A stretch of 64,000 bases of DNA from an uncultured Clostridia bacterium. GTDB taxonomy: Bacteria > Bacillota > Clostridia > TANB77 > CAG-508. Position numbers and translations under genes: made by a program. The stretch covers positions 42 through 64,041 of the forward strand of contig CANQSP010000001.1 of NCBI GenBank assembly GCA_947626555.1, written 5' to 3'. Shown here one piece after another: positions 30,677-38,776 of the stretch (position 1 is the first letter of the stretch; each line of letters starts with the position of its first letter). The notes beneath the pieces were generated by a model that saw only the letters and a program-made list of their open reading frames with translations, did not search any database and was not told where the DNA came from.

Positions 30677-32239
30677 GTGCAAAATGATGGCACATATGCA
30701 ATATATTTAAGAAAATCAAGAGAAGATATTGAAGCAGAAAAATACGGAGAAGGCGAAACTTTAGCAAGGCATGAAAAGATTTTAACTACTTTAGCAGAAA
30801 AAAGGAATTTACATATTTCAAAAATTTATAGAGAAGTTGTAAGTGGCGAAACAATTAGCGAAAGAAAAGAAATGCAGAAACTTCTTAAAGATGTTGAGAA
30901 TGAAAAATGGACAGGTGTTTTGGTTGTTGAAGTAGAAAGGTTGGCTCGTGGAGATACAGCAGACCAAGGTATAGTATCAAAAGCATTTAAATATTCGCAT
31001 ACAAAGATTATTACACCTGTTAAAACTTATGATCCAGATAATGAATTTGATGAAGAATATTTTGAATTTGGATTGTTTATGTCTAGAAGAGAGTATAAAA
31101 CAATAAATAGGCGTCTGCAAAGAGGTCGTGAGATTTCAGTCCAAGAAGGTAAATTTGTAGGCAATATTGCACCTTTTGGTTATGATAGAGTTAAATTAAA
31201 AGATTCAAAAGGTTATACATTATCTATTAATGAAAATGAAGCACTTATTGTTAAAGAAATATTTAGGTTATATACTTTTGAAAATAATACTATTAGTTCA
31301 ATTGTAAAGCAGTTAAATAATATGAATTTAAAGCCTAGAATTTCTAATGAATGGACGATTTCTACTGTTAAAGAAATTCTTTCTAACCCAACATATATTG
31401 GTAAATTAACATGGAATAGAAGAAAACAAAAAAAGAAAACTAAGAATGGACATATTATAATTTATAGACCACGCAATAAAGATTATTTAATTTATGATGG
31501 ACTACATGAACCTATTATTGATAATAAAACATGGGAATTAGTTCAAGAAAAAAGAAAGCAAAATACTCCAAAAGCAAAGCATAGTTATCAAATTCAAAAT
31601 CCACTAGTAGGACTAGTATTTTGTGAAAAATGTGGAAAGCCAATGCAAAGAAGACCTTATAACAAAGCCAATAAACCTGCAACTCTTATGTGCTCTAATT
31701 CTGTATGTAATAATATAAGTTCTAAACTTTATATTGTTGAAGATAAAATAATTGAAGCTTTGGAAATATGGCTTGAAAATTATAAAGTAGATTATGAAAT
31801 TAAAGACAATTTAAAATCTAATAACAATGAAATAATAAAAAAGTTCATTACTACAAATAAGAAAGAGTTAAAAAAAGAAAATATTAAACTTAATAAAATT
31901 TATGACTTTTTAGAAAATGGTATTTATAATAAAGAAGAGTTTATAAATCGTTCAAAGGCTATTAAAGAGAATATAGAAATTTTAGAAAATAAGTTAAAAG
32001 AGTATAATTCTTTATTGGAAGATAATGCTAAAATAAAAAATGAAAAAGAAACAATGATACATAAACTAAAGAATGTTTTAGATTTATATTATAAATTAGA
32101 AGTAGCTGAAGATAAAAATATTTTACTAAAAAGTATTGTTACTAAAATTACCTATTTAAAAACTAAAAAATCCATAAAAAAGGGTTCTAATCCAACTGAT
32201 TTTGAATTGCATATATATCCTAAAATACCTAAAAGTTAA
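30677..32239 (+). CDS. large serine recombinase (resolvase catalytic domain + recombinase domain + zinc ribbon + coiled coil)
   Basis: GTG start 4 nt after GGAGG; N-term YAIYLRKSREDIEAEKYGEGETLARHEKIL (catalytic Ser region), central recombinase domain, CEKCGKPMQ...CSNSVCNN zinc ribbon, C-terminal coiled coil. Confidence 0.88.
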   Translation: MQNDGTYAIYLRKSREDIEAEKYGEGETLARHEKILTTLAEKRNLHISKIYREVVSGETISERKEMQKLLKDVENEKWTGVLVVEVERLARGDTADQGIVSKAFKYSHTKIITPVKTYDPDNEFDEEYFEFGLFMSRREYKTINRRLQRGREISVQEGKFVGNIAPFGYDRVKLKDSKGYTLSINENEALIVKEIFRLYTFENNTISSIVKQLNNMNLKPRISNEWTISTVKEILSNPTYIGKLTWNRRKQKKKTKNGHIIIYRPRNKDYLIYDGLHEPIIDNKTWELVQEKRKQNTPKAKHSYQIQNPLVGLVFCEKCGKPMQRRPYNKANKPATLMCSNSVCNNISSKLYIVEDKIIEALEIWLENYKVDYEIKDNLKSNNNEIIKKFITTNKKELKKENIKLNKIYDFLENGIYNKEEFINRSKAIKENIEILENKLKEYNSLLEDNAKIKNEKETMIHKLKNVLDLYYKLEVAEDKNILLKSIVTKITYLKTKKSIKKGSNPTDFELHIYPKIPKS

Positions 32240-32317
32240 AGTCTTTGATTATTTTGTTGAATGATAGTAAAAAATATAGTAAAATAAGTAAAATATAATT
32301 TATAAAGGGAGAAAAAA

Positions 32318-32821
32318 ATGAATCAAAATTTATATGAAGAATTAATTAAAAGAAAAAATGGGGGAGAAAAGTTAGATTGGAGCTCTATAACCAAAGAAGA
32401 ATTAGAAAATTTATTTGAAGAACATAGCGACAGTATGATAGCTGAACTATATAATATAACCAAATCACAAGTAATCAATAAAAGGAGAGAGTGGGATATA
32501 AAACAATATAATTATTTATTAAAAAATTTTCTAAAAGATGATAAAAATGATATTTTATTAAAAAATTTAAACCAAGGTTCTAAAGATAGATTATTAAATA
32601 AAAAAAATATAGACACTATTGCAATAGCTTTAACACATTATTTATTTAGAAATGGACCTGTAGAAGATATGCATAGTAGCGGAAAATTATCTCAAAATGA
32701 TATGAAAACGCTTAACAAATTTATGGTAAATAGAATAGCTGGGTTACTACAAACTATAAATAGAGAAGAATGGCTAAAATTAGAATTATTGTTAAATTAT
32801 TATAATACATTTTCTCGGTAA
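32318..32821 (+). CDS. hypothetical protein with N-terminal HTH-like segment (element cargo)
   Basis: AAGGGAG RBS; IAELYNITKSQVINKRREW resembles sigma-r4/HTH; no confident family. Confidence 0.4.
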   Translation: MNQNLYEELIKRKNGGEKLDWSSITKEELENLFEEHSDSMIAELYNITKSQVINKRREWDIKQYNYLLKNFLKDDKNDILLKNLNQGSKDRLLNKKNIDTIAIALTHYLFRNGPVEDMHSSGKLSQNDMKTLNKFMVNRIAGLLQTINREEWLKLELLLNYYNTFSR

Positions 32822-33135
32822 AGATTGGGATAAGCCGGTTGCAGATACAAAAGAAATAGATTTAGAATATAAAAAGTTTTTAGATAAAATTTAATTTACA
32901 GTCAATAAACAAAGTTATAATTTGGTTGGTTTTTGAGGCTATTCCAATTACAAATAACTTATATTTTTAGCTATTGACAACATATTGGTATGCATTCTTT
33001 TGTATCACAATATTGTCAATTTGAAGAATTAAAGGCTTTTGGCTGTAAAATTTTAATAATTTTAAAGAAAAATCTAAGGTTTGATTGAAAAATGCATATA
33101 TATGTAGTACAATGATTTTCGAAAGGAAAGATTTA

Positions 33136-33549
33136 ATGCAAGAAAAAGAATACATAGAAATTGGTAAATTAAATACAGAACTTTTTGAAAAAATTGGTGA
33201 GCATTTAATAACAAATGAAGTTATTTTTACTTATGAGAGAATGAATCATGTTAAAACAAAAAGAGTTCAATTATTTAATGAGGTAAAAGGTATTTTGCCA
33301 GATGTTTTATATAATCCAGATTACATATATAAAGATTGGAACAACAGAAATAATACATTAGTATTGATTAAATCTATAGATGAGAAGTTGAACCTAAATG
33401 TAGTATTAAAAATTGCTATATTAAATGATGATAAGCATACCAAAAATTCTATAATAACTATGATAAAAATAGGTAATAAAACTTTTAACAAAATAAAAAG
33501 AAACAAAAAAGCTAATTTATTATTTGAAAAACTAGACATTTATGAATAA
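33136..33549 (+). CDS. hypothetical protein (element cargo)
   Basis: ATG 33136 after GAAAGGAAAG RBS (ORF track 33085); no recognisable domain. Confidence 0.4.
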   Translation: MQEKEYIEIGKLNTELFEKIGEHLITNEVIFTYERMNHVKTKRVQLFNEVKGILPDVLYNPDYIYKDWNNRNNTLVLIKSIDEKLNLNVVLKIAILNDDKHTKNSIITMIKIGNKTFNKIKRNKKANLLFEKLDIYE

Positions 33550-33790
33550 AAGTTGTATAATTAAAGTACAATATAGAATAGTTATTTGAGGTGGTAAATT
33601 GTGTCAACCACGCACCCTATGGGTCAAAAGAGATGTAGGAAATGATACACCTACCAAATAACTAACAATCGAAAAAAGGGCTATGGAAACATAGCTCTTT
33701 TACTTATTTTACAACATTATAAATTTCTTCAAACACTGCTGGTCTTTTAGAATAGTCTTGTCTTTAGCTATTGACAACATATTGGTACGT

Positions 33791-34013
33791 ATTCTTCTGT
33801 ACCTATATCATTTAAAGTTGCTTTAGAGTTTTGGTCTGGCATTCCGAATCTTTGAGATAAATATCTTAAAGAAGCTGAAAGCTCTCCATCAGGGCCACCG
33901 TATTGAGAAATTATAAATTTAGCAAGTCTTGGATTTGGACATTTTATATTGATAGGATATTGTAATACTTTGTTATAAGTCCACATTAAAAATTCCCCCT
34001 TTCCCATGGCCAT
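33791..34013 (-). pseudogene. cotJC: cotJC 5' segment (residues 1-74) truncated by element insertion
   Basis: MAMGKGEFLMWTYNKVLQYPINIKCPNPRLAKFIISQYGGPDGELSASLRYLSQRFGMPDQ...DIGTEE then reads into element (YVPICCQ*); overlaps cotJB stop as in cotJ operons. Confidence 0.8.
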
Positions 34014-34360
34014 GGTTCTTCAAGCCATCTCCACTTATTACATGGAAAATAGATAGAAAGAGGTCCATAAACCTTTTGATATTTTTCCTTTAAATCTTTA
34101 AGCTTCTTTGAATATTCTTTATGAAGACAAATAGCTCTTTCGTCATCTGGGTGAGTATTTAAATATTCAGAAATATCAACAACAGCGAAATCTAAAGCAC
34201 GAATTTTATTAAGCATTTCATCTCTTTGCATTTGCTTTTCTCCACAATTATTATCATTTTGCATATTAGTAAATTCATAAGAATAAGTTGAAACTGCAGG
34301 TGATTGATTATTTGAAGAACAACAGCAGTTACAATTTCTGTTTTCGCAATCTTCTAACAT
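33986..34360 (-). CDS. cotJB: spore coat protein CotJB with Cys-rich N-terminal extension
   Basis: GGGGAGGG RBS 9 nt upstream; ...MLNKIRALDFAVVDISEYLNTHPDDERAICLHKEYSKKLKDLKEKYQKVYGPL matches CotJB; N-term CENRNCNCCCSS. Confidence 0.8.
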   Translation of the reverse strand: MLEDCENRNCNCCCSSNNQSPAVSTYSYEFTNMQNDNNCGEKQMQRDEMLNKIRALDFAVVDISEYLNTHPDDERAICLHKEYSKKLKDLKEKYQKVYGPLSIYFPCNKWRWLEEPWPWERGNF

Positions 34361-34710
34361 TTGTTACATCCCTCCCCAATAGTATTTGTAGCTTCTATAA
34401 AAGCATTTTCTTCTAATGATTGACAAGGTGAATAAGGATTTACAAGTTCAGGGAAGATTGTTCCCATTTTTAATCCAACACTAGGAGTAAAAGTTTGATT
34501 CATTGTTTGAATTGGAACATAACTTTGACCAAACATTGGATTAGCTGGAAATACAGATGGTGCTTCATCAAATCCACAACCACAGTCATCATTGTCATTA
34601 TTTGCTGAGTAATAATCTGCTTTAATACCACAGTTACTACAAGCAGTTTCTATAATGTCACTATTATAATTTTGCTGACAACAACATTTTTTATATTTGC
34701 AATTATACAT
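34354..34710 (-). CDS. cotJA: spore coat protein CotJA with Cys-rich N-terminal extension
   Basis: AGGAGG RBS; ...SYVPIQTMNQTFTPSVGLKMGTIFPELVNPY matches CotJA core; N-term CKYKKCCCQQNY; overlaps cotJB start. Confidence 0.75.
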   Translation of the reverse strand: MYNCKYKKCCCQQNYNSDIIETACSNCGIKADYYSANNDNDDCGCGFDEAPSVFPANPMFGQSYVPIQTMNQTFTPSVGLKMGTIFPELVNPYSPCQSLEENAFIEATNTIGEGCNKC

Positions 34711-34858
34711 TTTTAATCCTCCTTATTAAGTTGTATAGTACATAATATGTAGTAAAATCAAGAATTGTGTATAAAACGTATAAAAAAAGTCGAATTAATA
34801 ATTTAAAAATATATTAATTAAGGTATAAATATGATATTATAAAAGAGGGAGGTATATA

Positions 34859-35281
34859 ATGAAAAGAATAGTATTTATTATAATAGGGGTATTAGTTATT
34901 CTCTTTGGTATAGCAAATATGTGCATGAATATAGATGCTTTAATGAATTATGAATTGGAATCAAAAAATGTATGGATTACTTCTGAAGTTTATGAAAAAG
35001 GACAAGATTCAATCTATTCATCTTATGTAACATATGATGATCATAATGGAGAACAGGGAATTTTATATACAGATAGCCTTTCAAAAGGAGATATGGTTAC
35101 AGTATATAGAAATAAAAATAGTTATGATAAAAGTGATAGTACAAATGGATGGATATTATCTAGTAGCGGAACAATTGGAAAATCTATATTAGCATTAATT
35201 ATAGATAGTATATTAATAATTATAGGAAGTATTGTATTATATAAAAATGTAAAAAATAAAAATATTAAAGATAAAATATAA
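34859..35281 (+). CDS. small membrane protein (TM - beta-rich domain - TM; DUF3592-like)
   Basis: GAGGGAGG RBS; N- and C-terminal hydrophobic helices. Confidence 0.4.
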   Translation: MKRIVFIIIGVLVILFGIANMCMNIDALMNYELESKNVWITSEVYEKGQDSIYSSYVTYDDHNGEQGILYTDSLSKGDMVTVYRNKNSYDKSDSTNGWILSSSGTIGKSILALIIDSILIIIGSIVLYKNVKNKNIKDKI

Positions 35282-35396
35282 ACGAAAAATGTCGAAATAA
35301 CAAGAAAATTATGTTAATTATTTTTATAATATGTCTGGACTTTTTATTCAATTTGTTATAAAATATAAGATAGACCGTTAAAAAGGAAGGATGTAA

Positions 35397-36698
35397 ATGT
35401 CTAGTATAAGAGATGAATACAAAGTACAAAAAAGTTCTATACAAGAATCTTATGAAAGACAATTAATTTTAAAATTAAATAAAGAATACGAGGATATTTC
35501 AAACAATGCATTTGTTATGATAACAAATTATTTTAAAGAATTATATCCAGAAGTAGTAATCGAAGAACCAAAAGCTAGGGAGAAATCACCTAAAAGTTTA
35601 TATGGAAAAATAAAAAACTTACAAATAGAAAGAATATCAAAATTATTTGTAGTAGGAGAAGTGAAAGATTCTGAAAAAGAAGAACTTTTAAATTTATTAA
35701 TTGAAAGAGTGCACGAACATAAGGAATTAAAACAAAATGTAATAAACTATATACAACAATTAATATATGATGATATAAATGCAATTAACATAGAGGAATT
35801 TTTAGCTAAAGTTATTGAAACAAATTTAAGTGCAAGTACAAAAACAGCATTGCTTAGAATTTTGAAACATAAAGTGGAAGAAAGTAATTTACCAAATAAA
35901 TCAAATATATTGCAACAGTTAGAAAACAAATATGGAAGTACAAGAGCCAAAATTACAGGAAAAGTAGAAGATGACTTACTAAGATATGAAACTATAAATA
36001 TGTTGAGAAATGATGCAGAAAAAAGAGAAAATTTATATGATGTGCAAGATTACTTAAGAGCAAAAGATTTAAGGGGAATGAAAATTGTAATTTGCGATAT
36101 ACCACAGAATTTTCAAACTGAAAATGAAAATTTAAGAAAATTATTAGAACGTAGGGAATTAGCATCAAATCCAGAAATAAAAAAGAAATACAATAATGAG
36201 AGTATAATAGAATTAAGTAAAGAATTTGTAGATAGACTTTCAGCAAATAGTAAACTATTAGAAGCAATGAATGTAGAAGTTATAAAAGATTCAAGAAAGC
36301 ATAAAAATAAAACCAATGGTTATATAGCAGATCATATAAAATTTCAATCTAAAAAAGATAAAACATATTGCTTTGAATTGCAAGTTAAATCTGTATATGT
36401 AGAAGAAATAGCAAAGGGAAATGGAAGTGCATCACACAGTAAAAGACCAGGTAAAGAAAGAGTTTTACCTGTTATAGGTGTGGGCGTAAATTTTATAAAA
36501 GAATTACAATATGTTTTGCCAAAATACACTTTAATAACGCAAAAAGAAGGTACATATATTGCACGAAAATGTTCTTTATTAGAAAATACAAAAATGTTTT
36601 TTCAAAATCAATTAAAGCCAAATACAAAAGAATATGAAGAAGTACAGAATATTATAACTGAATATGAAGAAAATCAGAAAGAAGCATTATTGCAATAA
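35397..36698 (+). CDS. RelA/SpoT-synthetase-fold nucleotidyltransferase (small-alarmone-synthetase-like) with ~150-aa insertion
   Basis: AREKSPKSLYGKIK (G-R-V-K-S motif region), DLRGMKIVICDI, GYIADHIKF...YCFELQVKS...SASHSKRPGK align to RelQ/RelP synthetase motifs; 433 aa. Confidence 0.6.
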   Translation: MSSIRDEYKVQKSSIQESYERQLILKLNKEYEDISNNAFVMITNYFKELYPEVVIEEPKAREKSPKSLYGKIKNLQIERISKLFVVGEVKDSEKEELLNLLIERVHEHKELKQNVINYIQQLIYDDINAINIEEFLAKVIETNLSASTKTALLRILKHKVEESNLPNKSNILQQLENKYGSTRAKITGKVEDDLLRYETINMLRNDAEKRENLYDVQDYLRAKDLRGMKIVICDIPQNFQTENENLRKLLERRELASNPEIKKKYNNESIIELSKEFVDRLSANSKLLEAMNVEVIKDSRKHKNKTNGYIADHIKFQSKKDKTYCFELQVKSVYVEEIAKGNGSASHSKRPGKERVLPVIGVGVNFIKELQYVLPKYTLITQKEGTYIARKCSLLENTKMFFQNQLKPNTKEYEEVQNIITEYEENQKEALLQ

Positions 36699-36781
36699 TT
36701 TAATAAAAATAATAAGTAGAGAATATTTTATCTTAAGACGAGTTAAAAAATGAAAAATAGCATGTGTAGATAAATTATTCT

Positions 36782-37516
36782 CTATCCTAATTTTATAATT
36801 GCATGGATGTTCTTTTCATCAAAACTTTTTACTGTAACAAAATAATCATTATCAATTAAAGAACACATACATTTTAAAGTGTCTCCTAATTTGGCACTTT
36901 TTTTATACATTATTTCAACATTATTAAAAATACAGTTTTTATAAATGTCATAAGGCAAGGCTTCATAAGCTAGGTCCAAATAATACAAATTATGCATATG
37001 TTCATTAATATCAATTACATGTCTTGGAACAGTATAATTTATAGTATTTAAAAATGAAGAAGGTTTATCTAATTTTGAAAATTCTATTTCATCGAATACA
37101 GATTTATTTTCTGATTCATATTTTGAAATAACATTATCATCTAATTTTACAAGACCTTTATTAATATCAATTAAGGACCATTTAGAAGAGGCTATTGCTT
37201 TAAGTTTTCCATCTTTACCGTACATTTCGAAATCACGGTAAGAGTAAAATTTAAATGGGTTTCTAGACCAAGTATTTACAATAACATCTTCGCCATAATT
37301 TGGTCTATCTATTACTTTTAATTTCCAATGTAATAAAACCCAACTTAAATGAGTTCTTTCAATATCATTAATTCCATATCCCACTTTATCTGAATGAAAA
37401 CTTGCAATATCTTCAAAAAATCCTAAGATTGATTTATTTGATATTTTACAATTTATATCTATATCTTTTAATCCGATTGTATATTTATGCTCAATTATTG
37501 CCAATTTGAAAATCAC
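36782..37516 (-). CDS. acyl-ACP thioesterase (FatA/FatB family)
   Basis: Two hot-dog halves, conserved NxWxRN... pattern (VNTWSRNPFKFYSYRDFEMY); 244 aa. Confidence 0.75.
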   Translation of the reverse strand: MIFKLAIIEHKYTIGLKDIDINCKISNKSILGFFEDIASFHSDKVGYGINDIERTHLSWVLLHWKLKVIDRPNYGEDVIVNTWSRNPFKFYSYRDFEMYGKDGKLKAIASSKWSLIDINKGLVKLDDNVISKYESENKSVFDEIEFSKLDKPSSFLNTINYTVPRHVIDINEHMHNLYYLDLAYEALPYDIYKNCIFNNVEIMYKKSAKLGDTLKCMCSLIDNDYFVTVKSFDEKNIHAIIKLG

Positions 37517-37755
37517 CTCTTTTTAAAATAATAAATTTTGCTTATATATAAAATGTAATAAACACATCTTATAATATCACAAAACAAAATGTAATAATAG
37601 ACTAATTAGAAAAAATATGGTAAAATTAAAAGCAAGTTGCTATAACTTCTGGTTGATAGTATAAAAATTTATTATAATTTTTTGCTGTAAGTTAGAGTTT
37701 AATTAATATTGAAAGAATATGTTTATAAAATAAACTATTATACGAGGAAATAAAT

Positions 37756-38659
37756 ATGTTTATAAAACAATATATAAATTGCGAAATATGTCCGCATAAA
37801 TGTAAAGTAAATAGATTAGAAGGTAAAATAGGAAGATGTAAGTGTAATGATAAAATAAAAATAGCACTTGCATCTATACACATGTATGAAGAACCATGTA
37901 TAAGTGGTAAAAATGGTTCTGGGACGGTATTTTTTTCTAATTGCAATATGAATTGTAAATTTTGTCAGAATTATGAAATAAGTCAAGAGTCAAAAGGATA
38001 TGAAATAGAAATAGAAGATTTAGCTAAAATTTTTTTAGATTTACAGAATAAAGGTGTAAATAATATAAATTTAGTAACACCTACAACGTATGTATATCAA
38101 ATTATTGAAGCAATAAGAATCGCAAAAGGGGAAGGGCTTGAAATACCTATTATATACAATTCTAATGCATATGAAAGAGTAGAGACCTTAAAGGACTTGA
38201 AGCGGGTATATAGATGTCTATTTACCAGATTTAAAGTACTTTTCTGAAGAGATGGCAAAAAAATATTCTAATGTAACAAATTATTTTGAAATGGCAACAA
38301 AGGCAATACAAGAGATGATTAATCAAGTAGGTGCTCCAAAATTTGATGAAAATGGAATTATACAAAAGGGGGTTATGATAAGACATTTAGTTCTTCCAAA
38401 TCATATATTAAACACAAAACATATTTTAAAGTGGATAAAAGATAATATAGATGAAAATGTGTATGTGAATGTTATGGCACAATATTTCCCAACATATAAA
38501 GCAAAGGAAGATGAACTTATTAATAGAAAATTAACTAGAAGAGAGTATAATGAAGTTCAGGAATATTTTTATTTGCTAAATTTCAAAAATGGATATATGC
38601 AAGAGTTGGGAGAACATGAAGAAGAATATGTGCCAAATTGGGAATGCTCAAGCATATAA
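37756..38659 (+). pseudogene. radical SAM activase-family gene (PflA-like, CxxxCxxC) with +1 frameshift (inserted C at 38203)
   Basis: CNMNCKFC cluster; ORFs 37756-38247 and 38252-38659 are one gene: deleting C38203 gives ...TLKDLKGYIDVYLPDLKYFSEEMAKKYSNV... Confidence 0.75.
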
Positions 38660-38776
38660 AAATACATAAAGAAAAATGTCGAATTTTGCTTGTAAAAGTA
38701 AAGTGATTGTGATAAACTTACCGTGTAAATTTTTAATAACTTTTATAACATTATTATGTTAAAAGGAGGGAAATGT

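Larger units (their letters stand above)
28778..33790. mobile_element. ~5.0-kb intervening element (serine-recombinase, skin-like) inserted in cotJC
   Basis: Bounded by 13-bp direct repeats ATTCTTCTGTACC (28765-28777; 33791-33803) and inverted arms ATGATGTTGTCAAT (28778-28791) / ATTGACAACAT (33770-33780); deletion between repeats gives an in-frame 218-aa CotJC. Confidence 0.8.

Noticed and set aside
34711-34858. Attempt to assign a sigma-E or sigma-K promoter to cotJ
   Set aside because: Only partial matches (ATACA, CATATTAT) were seen without correct spacing. No confident call was made.
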